Below are positions 1-13,302 of a stretch of DNA of 49,935 nt, piece after piece. A program made the position numbers and the translations under genes. The DNA is from Octopus sinensis (taxonomy: Eukaryota): contig NW_021834291.1 in the NCBI RefSeq assembly GCF_006345805.1, positions 1 to 49,935 of the forward strand, written 5' to 3'. Position 1 is the first letter of the stretch; every line of letters starts with the position of its first letter. Under the pieces are notes generated by a model. It worked only from the letters and a program-made list of their open reading frames with translations. It was not told where the DNA came from and did not search any database.

Positions 1-384
1 ATGCATGTTTTCGTGTTACGTATGTTTGGAGTTTTGTGCTTTAGTGTTGTGTTTTGTTTGTTTGTATAAAGAAGACAGTGCAACTTGGCTCTTCTTTGTG
101 GGGTCTGTCTATTATATTCCTTTCGCGTGTGTGTTTTGTGTGTATATTATTTTTTTTCCATTTTTGTTTTTTTTTTTCTCCTTTCTTCCCTTGTATCCGA
201 CTTGTACTTGCTGCCCTTTATCTATGTGTCATAGTTTAGCACTACTACCTTGGCTGGTCCTTTATCTTACAGACAGCGGCAGACATACACATACCAGAAG
301 AATACAACACACACATACGCACACAGATATTTCACATATATGATTCATATATGTACACACACACACACATATGTATATATATAC

Positions 385-422
<38 letters not shown>

Positions 423-510
423 TAGATATAGTATATTATATATATATATTATATATAATACATATCAACTTGTGCTACGCTATATATACATGCATATATA
501 TTTATATACA

Positions 511-541
511 TTATATATATATAATATATATATATATATAG

Positions 542-640
<99 letters not shown>

Positions 641-927
641 TGAAGATTTGTATGAGTTTTATAAAGAAAAAAGATTAGACTCTTAGGAGAAGTGTACTGA
701 ATCTGCGACTCAGTTTCGATTGCTTGTTGAAACCAATTAACTTCATTTATGTAGTCAATATTCTTGTTGACGCCTAATAAATATGAAGCTATGTTATTCA
801 GTCTAAAATCAGCATAAAATACATTTTCTGGCTTTTCAGAAGAGTAACAGCTCAACCTATTATGTACTGGACAATCAGGAGAAACGTCCAGTGTTCGGAC
901 CTTACGATCGGTGCATTGGTATTTCAC
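511..927 (-). other. Unassigned open frame (about 96 non-repetitive codons, then runs into GATA repeat)
   Basis: ORF track; 640-927 is non-repetitive and stop-free; no recognisable domain or convincing minus-strand splice sites. Confidence 0.12.
540..640. repeat. (GATA)n microsatellite
   Basis: Direct reading. Confidence 0.97.
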
Positions 928-1117
928 AATTCAAATATCTTCATTTTCAATTACTTAGTTGACTTAGCAGGTGCTCTCGTACTAAAAGTTCTCGGTTTTA
1001 TAGAAATAACTAGCGAAAGATAATTACCCACTACTGCCACGGGAACTACCAGATCACATAATTTCGGCCTTTTTTGGTAGATGCCATGGTAGATGCCCAT
1101 GGTTAGAGATAGCAGTG

Positions 1118-1165
<48 letters not shown>

Positions 1166-1192
1166 CACTATATATATATATACCACAACATC

Positions 1193-1405
1193 ACGCATCA
1201 TCATCATCATCATCATTATTTAGCGTCCGCTTTCCATGCTATCATGGGTTGGACGGTTCAACTAAGCTGGGGTCTGTGAAGCTGGAAGGCTTCGTCAGAC
1301 CCAGTCAGATCTGGCAGTGTTTCTACGGCTGGATGCCTTTCCTAACGCCAACCACTCCGTGAGTGTAGTGGGTGCTTTTTACGTGCCACCTGCACAGGTG
1401 CCAGA
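1193..1405 (-). mobile_element. Retroposon 3' part (SINE/RTE-type tail) ending in (GAT)n
   Basis: Minus strand carries GGTTGGCGTTAGGAAAGGCATCC and ends GGAAAGCGGACGCTAAAT(AAT)(GAT)n, typical of RTE-mobilised retroposon tails. Confidence 0.6.
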
Positions 1406-1421
1406 CATATATATATATATA

Positions 1422-1482
<61 letters not shown>

Positions 1483-2122
1483 GAATAATTGTTTGTCTGC
1501 TGCTTTTGAATCCAATAATCTCTTCTCAAATGAGGAGGAAAGATACCTTTACTTAAACTAGCGCTCTTCTTAGTTTTATCTCTCATCGACTTAAAAGTGG
1601 GCTGACGTTAAGAGAGGAGGAGAAAACACCAATATAAAGGTGCTCGTCCAGATTAATACTCCGTGAAAGATCTATTCTATTGGAATTCATAGGACTGTCT
1701 AAGTTTAGAGAATACAAATTTCTTATTTTTAGTAAAAAGACTTAATTCATCACAGTATTGACTTACAAAGCATTTAATATACTTTAATATATTTTAATAT
1801 ATTAATATACTTTAACATATTTTAATATATTAATATACTTTGATATACTTTAATATATTATGGTTGCATAACGAAATACGGTATCCCTACAAATTCCTTA
1901 ATTCATTGTCCCATCTAACCTTGTATGTCTAGGGAGATCCACTTTGTGGAATTTAGTCCAGATTTCCAATATGAGTATAATTTCTCCCCTTCTTCCCTTC
2001 TTTCCGTTTAAAAAGGCTTTAATTTTATGTATCATAAACTATGTTTTTATAGCAATTTTGGCATTTGAGTTAACAACGTTTACAGAAGACGTGTTTACAT
2101 ATTTTTCGATACTGCTTTTGTT

Positions 2123-2334
2123 ATATTATGTTGTGTCTGGGGAGAGTCATTTTCTTTTTGTGCCTTATAATTGGACACATAGTATAATTTAACACACAGT
2201 ATTGAAAAGGTTGCAAGACGCAACGAAAAATTTTAGGAAAATAGAAATAAGAAATAAGTTGAAATTTTACATGTGAGTGTGTTAAATTATAAGGCACAAA
2301 AAGAAAATGACTCTCCCTAGACACAACAGAATAT
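2123..2334. mobile_element. MITE-like element with ~50 bp terminal inverted repeats
   Basis: GTTGTGTCTGGGGAGAGTCATTTTCTTTTTGTGCCTTATAATT (2130-) is the reverse complement of AATTATAAGGCACAAAAAGAAAATGACTCTCCCTAGACACAAC (-2327), 1 mismatch. Confidence 0.7.
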
Positions 2335-2426
2335 GCTTCAACACACGAACTCATATAAAGAATCTTGCAAACCAAATCCAAAAACAAAATATCTTTTGTT
2401 ATATTTAAAGTGAAAATAAATTGGCA

Positions 2427-2880
2427 CAAGCATGGCTGTTTGGTTAAGAAACTTTCTTCGTAACCTCATGATTTCGAGTTCACTCTCATTGCAAGACAAT
2501 TTGGGCAATTTGGGCAGTTATCTTCTACTACAACTCCAAGCTGATCAAAGTCTTGTAAGAGAATTTCGGAGATGGAAATTGGATGGAAGCTTGTCCTTTG
2601 TGTGTGCGTATATGTGTGTGTGTGTGTGTGTATGTGTGTGTATGTGTGTGTGTGCGTATGTGTGTGTGCGTTTGCCTTACTAATGCCGCTTGAAAACTGG
2701 TGTTAGTTTCTTTACTTCTCCACAACTTAGCAATTTGGCAAAAGAGACCGATAGGATAAGTACCAAGCTTAAAGGAAGACATACCTAAGTACCAGAGTGG
2801 ATTTGTTTGACTAAAGTTCTTCAAGTCGGTGCTACAGCATGGTCGATGTCCAATGTCTAAAACAGGTAAAAGGTAAAAGA
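2427..2880 (+). mobile_element. tRNA-derived SINE, family 2 (CORE-like centre, internal (GT)n, tail ...AAACAGGTAAAAGGTAAAAGA), diverged
   Basis: A/B-box-like head, TTGGGCA core, shared tail with 25255, 32710, 39407, 44054 copies. Confidence 0.8.
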
Positions 2881-3590
2881 CAGATATACATTTTCTAGAG
2901 TTTTCTTTATATTTCAGACAGAGCACGGAAAGAGATAGAGAGAAAGAGAGAGAGAAAACGGCACCATTTCCCTGAAATAAAAAAGGGGGTTAGGGTTACT
3001 TGTTACCCTAAGAGAACAAACACAAACGACAAGACTAAATTCTAAAGTCTGCTGAAAATTCTAAAATAGTTCCTTTCTTTCTTCAACGTAGAAAGGGCTC
3101 AGCGGGAAGAAAGATATATATGTTTATGGAAGCTGGTGTGGTTCCTGGCGCTATTTTAGACTTACTTTTGGAACATTTAGACTTTAATTAACTTACTCCA
3201 CCATTAACTCTACACACCCTTTCTCAATTATTATATTGCTACACAAGGATCTTGTTTTCAATTCCATCATTCTATTTTAGTTAAGTGGTATCTTTTACGG
3301 CTCCTATTAAATCATTTACCTTCTCCACATCTCAATTTACGCTAATATTCGTAGCAATGTAGTTGTCAGATAGAATGTATGAACGTTATGTATGTGTGCA
3401 TGCTTTTGTATGTGTGTATGTGCATGTATGTATACATGTACGTACGTACGTACGTATGTATGTATGTATGCATGCATGTAAGGAATAAGATAGCTACATG
3501 TCTTTATAAGTATACATACATAGATATCAGTGCATAAGCATGTGTCTGTGTGTGTGCGTGTGTTTAAGCTTATGTATGTATGTGTGTGTA

Positions 3591-3621
<31 letters not shown>

Positions 3622-3639
3622 CTCACATTTGTATATATA

Positions 3640-3690
<51 letters not shown>

Positions 3691-4532
3691 CGTATACATA
3701 TATAAACATTAATAGGGCACTGACCATTTATGAATATAAACATTTTCTAAAGGTAATGATCATATGTGAGAATTCGTATGAGTGTGTTGACATGTCTATA
3801 TAGACATAGATCATCATTTGGAGAGAGGAGGTGTGTATATATACATATGAGCGTATATAGATACATATGCATACTATATATACATATATAATATATATTA
3901 TATATATATATATATATATAATATTATATATACACATATTACAGATATGCATATATATGTGTGTGGGTATGTATAGGTATATATATGTATATATACAGAG
4001 AGAGAGAGATAGACAGAGAGAGAGAGACTTCTATCTGTTTGTGACTGTGTGCGTATACGGATGTGTGAAAACTTTTCATGTTTTACGACGTAAAAATGAA
4101 TATAGAATAAAAAGAAAAACAGGAGTCATTTACCCTTTAACTATACTTAGAACTAAAAACTATTCTAGTATTACAATATTCACTTATTCTAATATTCTTT
4201 TATTCTAATATTGCATCAAATTAAACACACATTGCGGCTGGTGTCGAACACAAAATGATGTTTCAACAATTACAAAGAAAACAAATGGAATACATAATAT
4301 TCAGTTAGAGTCTACCAAAATACATAGAATACCTCCTCTAGCTCTTTGTAGTTACCTCCCTTCCTTCTTCTTATTTCAATGTCTTCTCTCTTTGACTTTT
4401 TCTTTGTTTTTTTTCTATTTTTTTTCTTTTTGTTTTCTTTCTCTCCATTTATTTGTCACCTTCCTAATGATGATCTTTATTTTCTTTAACCTGTTTCTTT
4501 GGTTGTTTGTCATCCGCTTAGCTATTTCCGTC

Positions 4533-4591
<59 letters not shown>

Positions 4592-4639
4592 ATGTATATG
4601 TATTCCTAATATATATCTATATCTATATATATATATATA

Positions 4640-4704
<65 letters not shown>

Positions 4705-5038
4705 TGTATATATATATATATATATTTATATTCATATATATATATGAACATATATAATATATATATCTCAGCATGGCCACAGTCAAATGACTGAAACAAG
4801 TAAAAGAGTAAAGAGTATATATGAATATATATATATATGAATATATATGAATATATGTATATATATATATTATACATATATTCATATATATATGTATATA
4901 TACATATTCATATATATGCGTATATATATATATAATATATATATTCATATATACATGTATATATATGTACATATACATATACATATGTACGTATCTATAT
5001 TTCTCTATCTCTCTCTATCTCTCTCTTATCTCTCTATC

Positions 5039-5107
<69 letters not shown>

Positions 5108-5911
5108 ATATATATATATATACGTATATATGTTTTCGTATACAAATGTATGTGTATATTAATTTCTTGTTCTAAGAATTCATTTTGTTGTTTCAGTGGA
5201 ATTTTTTTCTTTTCCATTTTCTCGGTTTTATTTTATTTTATTGCTTTTTACAAATTTTATTCCCAACAATTTGTTTCATCATCTTGCTTTGAACGGCAGC
5301 AGTATATTATTTTCAGCTGCCAATCTTCTAGTCCTTCTTTTTTGGGGACTATAGCACTATTTATGAGGTTGTTACTGTTGTTATTGTCGTGGTCGTTATC
5401 GTTTATTTTGTTGTTGTTGTTGATGTTCTTGCAGTTGTTGTTATACAGTTGGTAGAAATGATCGGTCTTGTTATAGTATAGTTAAAGTGATAACAATACC
5501 AATAGCGGTAGTGGTGACTAACTGTTTATGTAATAGTAAGGAAGTTTGCTTGCTGGTAGTAGTATATGAACGATGACGATGATGATGACGACGACGAGGA
5601 GGATGAGGAAGAGGACGGCATTGGAGGAGTACGGAGTTGTGTGCGAACGAAGGTAAACTAGATGACAATCTTAGATTGGTATATATGAATATGCGTACAC
5701 ATATGTACACGCACGTACACAAGCACACACATAGACACACATACACACACACACATATTTGTGTAGACAGCGAATTTATAGACAATCAGGCACATACATA
5801 TATGTGTAAAGGAGCAGAAAGATAGACGGACACACAGACACACACACACTCACACACACAAACACACACACACATAGACGTATTGATGGATGTATGGATG
5901 GACTTATGGAT

Positions 5912-6530
5912 GGCAAAGTCTACCCCGGCCGAATTTGAACTCAGAGCATAAAGTTGTACGAAATGCCACTAAGCATTTTGCCCGGCGTGCTAACGATTCT
6001 TTTCTATTCTAGGCACAGGGGCCGAACTTTTGGGGGATGGGGCCAGACGATTAGATCGGCCCCAGTACGCAACTGATACTTAATATCTCGACCCTGAAAG
6101 GATGGAAAGCAAAATCAACCTCTTCGGAATTTAAACTCAGATCGTAAAGACAAACGGAATGCCTATTTCTTTACTACCCACAAGAGGCTAAACACAGAGA
6201 GGACAAACAAGGACAGACAAACGGATTAAGTCGATTATATCGACCCCAGTGCGTAACTGGTACTTATTTAATCGACCTCGAAAGGATGAAAGGCAAAATC
6301 GACCTCGGCGGAATTTGAACTCAGAACGTAACGGCGGACGAAATGCCTATCTCTTTACTACCCACAAGGGGCTAAACACAGACAGGACAAACAAGGACAG
6401 ACAAACAGATTAAGTCGATTACATCGACCCCAGTGCGTAACTGGTACTTATTTAATCGACCCCGAAAGAATGAAAGGCAAAGTCGAACTCGGCGGAATTT
6501 GAACTCAGAACATAACGGCAGACGAAATAT
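5912..6530 (-). mobile_element. Head-to-tail array of tRNA-derived SINE family 1 (Meta-domain-like centre), ~183 bp units
   Basis: Repeated GAGGTCGACTTTGCCTTTCATCCTTTCGGGGTCGAT...AAGTACCAG motif on minus strand; unit junctions at 6163/6164 and 6346/6347. Confidence 0.85.
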
Positions 6531-7066
6531 CGACGATTTTGAGGAAAAATATTGCAATTAAAAGATGCATTTTTAAATGTCTTACCAACAACTCCCTGCG
6601 CAAAGAAGCCAGATAGAAATTTCTACTGCACCATGCCACAAGGGATGGTGCCACCCACTTTGATTAGCAATGGACTACATAATTTTAAGAGTATATATTT
6701 TTTACCACCCACAAGGGACTACACACAGAGGGGACAAACAAGGACCGACAAACGGATTAAGTCGATTATATTGGCCCCAGTGCGTAACTGGTACTTAATT
6801 TATCGACCCCGAAAGGATGAAAGGCAAAGTCCACCTCGGCGGAATTTGAACTCAGAACGTAACGGCAGACGAAATGCCGCTAAGCCTTTTGTCCGGTGCG
6901 GTGACGATTCTGAGTGAAAATATTGCAATTAAAACATGCATTTTTACATGTCTTACCAACAATTCCTTGCCCAAAGAATCCAGATAGAAATTTCTACTGC
7001 ACCATGCCACAAGGGATGGTGCCACCCACTTTGATTAGCAATGGACTACATAATCTTAAGAGTATA
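6347..7066. repeat. Tandem duplication of SINE plus ~150 bp unique flank
   Basis: 6544-6695 nearly identical to 6916-7066; each preceded by a family 1 SINE truncated at the same point (ACGATT(T/C)TG). Confidence 0.85.
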
Positions 7067-7571
7067 GTGAAACGGACGGATGTTGAATAGTACAAGTTCG
7101 TTATAGAACTGTTTGGTAAACCTACATAGAAGGACAATAGTGGCAGATATTGTTTATAGTTTTATTTAGAAATTTTTATTTATATTTTTCTTTTCTTTTC
7201 TTTTTATCCTTGTGGAGAGAGAGGAATTGATGTTTATTTTCTTCTCTTTTTTTGATAACATATACTTCCTGTGCAATAATGATGACAAACAGGAAAGAAA
7301 GAGTAGAAATGTAAGAATGTGACAAGTAATAGGAACGGAAGAAATCTGCGAATGGAACAGGGAGAAGAGACTTCATTAAAATTGGTTAGAACTGCCAAGT
7401 TAAACAGAGTCTGTTCGTATTTCTCTGAAGGAAACCAATTTGTTGAAAATTAAAATGCTTTATATAAAAAAAAAATATGCAACAAAATATATTTTTTCTT
7501 TTCTTTATTACTTACTTCAAGGGCAAAATTATAGTACCGCAAAAACTCAAGTATAACCCCCAAAATACACA

Positions 7572-7636
<65 letters not shown>

Positions 7637-7789
7637 ATATATACGTACACAAACGTACATATATATTTAAACATACCTATGCATATTCTAAAATATATAA
7701 ACGAAAATAATACGTGTTCCTTTGTATGTATATGTATGTGTTTGTGCGCGTATGCACGCATGTACGTATGAATGTATGTATTTACGTGT

Positions 7790-7856
<67 letters not shown>

Positions 7857-8102
7857 ATATATGTATATATATATAAACACTTCTCAATTTCAGAACATTT
7901 AAAAATATATACACGCTTGCTTTTGCATAGGATCGTAATATATATATGTGTGTGGGAGGGGTATGCAATTATAAATATATATGCATGTACAAACATTTAC
8001 ATGTATATAATATACACATACAGATATATCAATACATAGCTCGATATGATATAATATATGAGTAGTTGTTGTGTATGCGTGTAAATGTGTATATATATAT
8101 AT

Positions 8103-8138
<36 letters not shown>

Positions 8139-8300
8139 TAAATATAATTGCCAACTAAATATGGCGGTGCTATAGAGGACGATGCTACTGTTGTTTTTAG
8201 CCCCAGGAGGACATCTCCGGTTGGCTAACGATTCCCTGTCTGTGTCTGATTACTATTTGCGAGAGGAAATCATCGTTCTCATCTCTAGCCTTACGTGATA

Positions 8301-8344
8301 CACACAGACCTGGGTTTCTGGTGATAACTCGTCATCAGTGTGTG
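8301..8344 (-). ncRNA. Type I hammerhead ribozyme motif, subfamily A (stem II eroded)
   Basis: CACACA-CUGAUGA-CGAGUUAUCACCA-GAAAC-CCAG-GUC|UGUGUG: intact core, perfect 6 bp stem I, short stem III. Confidence 0.7.
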
Positions 8345-8560
8345 ATAACCACGAACTAGTGATGAAAACTCATTCCACACGCAGAATACTATATGCTTTT
8401 TCCAGTGACAAAGTGTTACTGATCTCGAAAAATGAGAAATAAGGAATATTAAATCTCTGAGCGAGAAGTAAATAGTAGCAGTATGGAGTCGTAAAATATA
8501 ACTGCCAACCAAATGTGAGAGTCTCATAGAGGACGATGCTACCATCTTCTAGCGACGGAG

Positions 8561-8610
8561 CCAGCAGACCAGCTTGGTTTCGGGCTATTTCTGCCTCACA
8601 TCAGTACTGG
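8561..8610 (-). ncRNA. Type I hammerhead ribozyme motif, subfamily B (A9U core variant)
   Basis: CCAGUA-CUGAUGU-GAGGCAGAAAUAGCCC-GAAAC-CAAGCUG-GUC|UGCUGG: 6 bp stem I, GGC/GCC stem II, ACCA/UGGU stem III. Confidence 0.7.
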
Positions 8611-8677
8611 ACTCCTCTTCTGCCAGAGATAGCAGTAGCTCGCTTCTCCTCGCAATATATATATATATATATTTACA

Positions 8678-8880
8678 AAGGTGCGGTAGCACGCCGGTTG
8701 AAATGCTTAACGATGTTTCGTCTTTCTTTACGTTCTATATTCAAATTCCGCCGAGGTTGATTTTTGCTTTTCATCATTTCGCAGTCGATAAATTAAGTAC
8801 CAATTGCGTACTGGGGTCGATCAAATCGAGTGATCCTCTCTCCCAAAATTTCGGGGTTTCTGCCTAGAGTAGAAAAGAAT
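8678..8880 (+). mobile_element. Family 1 SINE inserted into the TA run of an HHR repeat unit
   Basis: B-box-like TTCAAATTCCGCCGAGG and Meta-like centre; unit B sequence resumes at 8883. Confidence 0.8.
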
Positions 8881-9138
8881 GTATATAATTTCAAGCGACG
8901 TACACTCGCTGATTTTGCTACAGGCAAAAATGCTAGCTCTAGGGGATAAGAAAATAGCAGTAAAGTCCGTTCGAACGGACAGCCATATTGAAGTGGCTAT
9001 GAACATTAATTTTTAGTACAACTACTGCGTTGATCTCTTAGCATTTTTGCTTGTTGCAAAATCAGCGGCTGTATATAGCTTGAATCATATATATGGCGAG
9101 CAGAAGCGAGCTACTGCCATCTCTTGCAGACGAGGTGT

Positions 9139-9178
9139 CCAGTACTGAACACAGGCAGGGATACCCCAAAACCAGGCT
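9139..9178 (+). ncRNA. Degenerate, 3'-truncated subfamily B HHR
   Basis: CCAGUA-CUGAACA-CAGGCAGGGAUACCCC-AAAAC-CAGGCU, then homology stops before the GUC. Confidence 0.45.
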
Positions 9179-9181
9179 TAT

Positions 9182-9222
<41 letters not shown>

Positions 9223-9468
9223 ACGCACACACACTCATACACACACACACATATGTATGCATGTACGTATAGGTATGTGTTGGTGTATGTAACTATGTAT
9301 ATGTGTGTGTCTATGCATGGATGTATGTATGTTTGTATACATACCTATAATGATATATTAATCTAAAACACCTCGATTTTTAGTCTGATAAGTGCCAACG
9401 TGTGAAACTCTCGACCCTTGAATCACACAGTTGCTTCAGCCAAATATCAAATATCAAATATATATATA

Positions 9469-9507
<39 letters not shown>

Positions 9508-9651
9508 ATATTTGATGATATATATATATATATACAATATATATATATATATATATATATATTCAACAATTGAGGTAAAATTAATTAATTATTAATCAAT
9601 TTCACCAAGTATTCAGTATGTAAAGGGACCATTATAGGCGAATTCAAAATA

Positions 9652-9730
9652 TTACATTATATATAAGGGCTTAGTAAAATAAATTACTTTGCCAAAGTAA
9701 TTTATTTTACTAAGCCCTTATAATAATGTA
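9652..9730. repeat. Perfect 29 bp inverted repeat with 3 nt spacer (fold-back)
   Basis: TATAAGGGCTTAGTAAAATAAATTACTTT-GCC-AAAGTAATTTATTTTACTAAGCCCTTATA, extendable by TACATTAT/ATAATGTA. Confidence 0.9.
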
Positions 9731-9850
9731 AAATTATATATATATATATATATTATACAATATATATATATAGATCTAGATATAAATATACTTATATAAT
9801 ATAGTGATATGTATATGTATACATATATGTGTGTGTGCGTATATATATAT

Positions 9851-9881
<31 letters not shown>

Positions 9882-10427
9882 TTATGTGTGTATTATATAT
9901 ATATATATATTATAATATATATATAATATATATATATATGTTTTGATCTTTTACAAACGGGAGAACTAGAACCCGATAGGTAAAGTAGCGTATATACAAT
10001 ATTTATTTTTTTTTTTAGCTTAAAATCCCGATGAGATATTCAACAGTCTAGAGTTTCCTGCTAGAGCACTTTTTTCAAACTTTAATAAGTTTGCTAAGTT
10101 CTTTAATACGAAACTCTACGCCCTTTAGTATCTCCTATAGCTTACTCAGCCAGCAAAAACAGCGTATGTGTGTCAATGTGTATATGTGTGGGGGTGGAGG
10201 TGAGTATGAATGTGCGTATGTATGAATGCATGTGTGTTGGGAGTGGGCTGAATAGGAGAAGCCATAAAATAGTGTTTTTTAAGTTATATCCTTTTCTTCA
10301 ACGAATTTTCCCTTTTGCACTTTAATTATGCCAGATATTTTTCGTATACTTATTTGTTCACCATATACATATACATACACACACACACATATATATATAT
10401 ATATACATATATATGTGTGTGTGTATG

Positions 10428-10460
<33 letters not shown>

Positions 10461-10511
10461 TATATATATTATACATACATACATAATACATACATACATA
10501 CATATATATAG

Positions 10512-10556
<45 letters not shown>

Positions 10557-12029
10557 ATATTATATATATTGTATATATATATTTTTTTCTTTTACTCCTT
10601 CGGCGTTTTCTTCTGTAATTGTTTACCATTCCAAATTATATTTCCCTCCAACATAGATATGAAACTTAACCAGAAGAAACCAAAAGTGAGATTATTATTT
10701 TTTTGTTGCTTTTTCTTTTGCTTCTCTTATTTCTTCCTCTTCTCCCGTTTAATTATTTTTCAATGCCTTCCTATATAAATAAATACAAATATTATTTCAT
10801 AAAATTTTTCCTAGTGTTATCTTCTATGTAATTATTGTGAAGAAAAACCGTACAGTAATACATACACATATATACACAATTATGTGTGCCTGTATTACCA
10901 TATTTGTACTTGTATGTGTGTAGATACACACACACACATATATATATATGAAAGTACATATGATGTTTGTTCAAAAAGGAAAGGGAAGGGTAACAACTTA
11001 ATTGAATTTAGTAGTTACTAACGAATTATCAAAGACTAAAAATTTGATAGAAATAAATTTGAAGTAACATTTTTAAATGAACAGAGATATATATATTAGT
11101 CCTCATTAGATATTTTTTATTAGGTTCTCTTCGGCTTTTCCCTTTCTATTGATGCGTTATAATTCCTACGTGTTCGATTTATTTCAGCAAAGCCTTATAA
11201 TTACGGAGACCGCAACACAACATACGTACGGCAGTTTTGTATAAAAATATATTTGATTACATTAAAAATACCTAAATTTTTACTCGAAGACTATAGACCA
11301 CTATAGCTATATATATATATAAACATTTATGCATCTATGTATGTATGTATGTATGTATGTAGTCATAATTATATTTACGTTTGTATCATAGTTAAAAAAA
11401 AATATTCGAGCAATTCAACAAATCAAATTACTCTTGTGCAAACATCGATATAGCCACACATACAAACACTAAAAAGTACACACAAAAACACACACACGCA
11501 TACACACACACACACACACACCACACACACACTCATACACACGCACGCAAGGATACACACGCATACACACAATTATACATAGGATATAATACATAGACAT
11601 AAATACTCTGGGGACACATTTACTATCTCAGATTTTGCAGCGAAAATTGATTTCCACACATAAAAAAATAAATAAACTAAAATTAGAACAAAAAAAATTG
11701 GGTTCAAAATCACATTTACAGCGATACTTGTATCATGTTTGGCTTCCTGGTATGGCTGTATTTAGATAATGAATGCTCCTGCATGGCCGCAGTTTATTGC
11801 CTGAAGCTAGGAGTCATAGAAATATAGTTTTTGACCATATCAGTAGAGCCCAAATATGAAGTAACGCTTTTGAAACTATTCACGTCGCAATGGACGAAGG
11901 CCTTAAATTCAAATTGTTTGAGTCATGTTTGTGAAATAAAGTTTGATTTCCCCATACAATTTTGTAAGTTTTGTGCCATGGAGAATGGACAAGGCAGTAT
12001 GTATCACATGTCTTACTGATAAGTAAACC

Positions 12030-12430
12030 ATCAAACGCGAGTCGGCTGATTAAGATACTCTCATGTAATGTAACCAAAAAAGGTTTATTTTTCAAAATAG
12101 TCCCCTTGCTGCACACATCCTACTTTCATCGGTATTACAGTGTTTAGATGCCATTATTGAAGAAGCTCTCATCTAGTTGGTCAGCAGCTGATACGACGTC
12201 ATCAATACTGCGATATTGCTTCCCAGCCAAGTGTTTTGTCATGATGGGAAATAGATAATCAGATGGGGCCACATCAGGAGAATAGGGTGAATGCTCAACC
12301 AGTTCAAAACCAATTGCGCACAGGAGCCATTGAAATCAAGAACTTGCATGCTGGAGCATTTTCCTGATGAAACAAGACCTAATTCGTCAGTTTTCCTGGG
12401 AGTTTGGTCTTATAGTCTTTCGTAGCTGCC
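12030..12430 (-). pseudogene. Mariner (Tc1/mariner) transposase C-terminal remnant
   Basis: Manual translation: VLFHQENAPA...FELVEHSPYSPDVAPSDYLFP...GDYFEK*, matching mariner HDNAP and YSPDLAPSD motifs, with stops and frameshifts. Confidence 0.85.
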
Positions 12431-12662
12431 TCTGCCCACATTCGTATATCGTTATTTTTCAAACGTTTCTGATACTAAATGAACCTGAAGCAAAATCTGT
12501 AGGGTTCATATAAGGGGGTTTTCGACTAGACAAAGGAGCATGTTGAAAGGAAGAACAACAAAACAGGCTTTGAATGATTTTACCACAATTCATATATATA
12601 TGTATATATATGAATGTACGTATATGCTATGTAAATGTAAATATACATATGTAAGTATATAT

Positions 12663-12697
<35 letters not shown>

Positions 12698-13009
12698 TAT
12701 ATACATACATGCATATATATGTGTATCTATCTATCTGTCTGTCAGTCTGTATGCATATGTTTATGTATGTATTATGTATGTATGTGTGTGTGTGTATGTT
12801 GGTTATAATTATGCATCACACTATTCCACAAGAGACAAACTCAAAAAGAGGAGTCGCTTTAGTCAGTGACATCCCGACTATGTTCTGGGAGGGTAGAGGG
12901 TACTTGGTTACCCGTTTCTTGCTCGCATTTAGAGACAACCGAGACCCATCTATCAAAGGAGTGATTCTACTTTATCAACTAGTAACTCGCCAACGGCGGC
13001 CGAAGAAGG

Positions 13010-13132
13010 AGGAGGAGAAGAAGAAGAAGAAGAAGAAGAAGAAGAAGAAGAAGAAGAAGAAGAAGAGAAGAAGAAGAAGAAGAAGAAGAAGAAGAAGAAG
13101 AAGAAGAAGAAGAAGAAGAAGAAGAAGAAGAA
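13010..13132. repeat. (GAA)n microsatellite
   Basis: Direct reading. Confidence 0.97.
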
Positions 13133-13302
13133 CCTCTTGTATTATTATGATAAGAAGGCTCGATTCAGCCATCATTTAGAATCTGCAGATCCTGCGTGTC
13201 TCATGCTTCATGTGATGTAGAGGGAGGTCTTGAAAGCACAGTGCATGTGTCACCTCCTGGCAAGTCGTGATCCACCTTAATCAAACCCATTGCATCGACT
13301 CA

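Larger units (their letters stand above)
8136..9178. mobile_element. Composite locus of ~350 bp HHR-bearing repeat units (subfamilies A and B), with an inserted SINE and an inversion near 8933
   Basis: 8136-8188 repeats at 8489-8542 (period ~353); 8572-8653 inverted at 9098-9178; homologous to 32110-32606 and 45520-45770. Confidence 0.75.

Noticed and set aside
1270-1305. Minus-strand CTGACGA as a hammerhead
   Set aside because: No GAAAC or GUH in register; lies inside another retroposon.
5912-6530. Repeat arrays as CRISPR
   Set aside because: No unique spacers or cas genes; eukaryotic SINE multimers.
6544-7066. 150 bp duplication as a giant TSD
   Set aside because: Both copies include the same truncated SINE end, so it is a tandem duplication of SINE plus flank.
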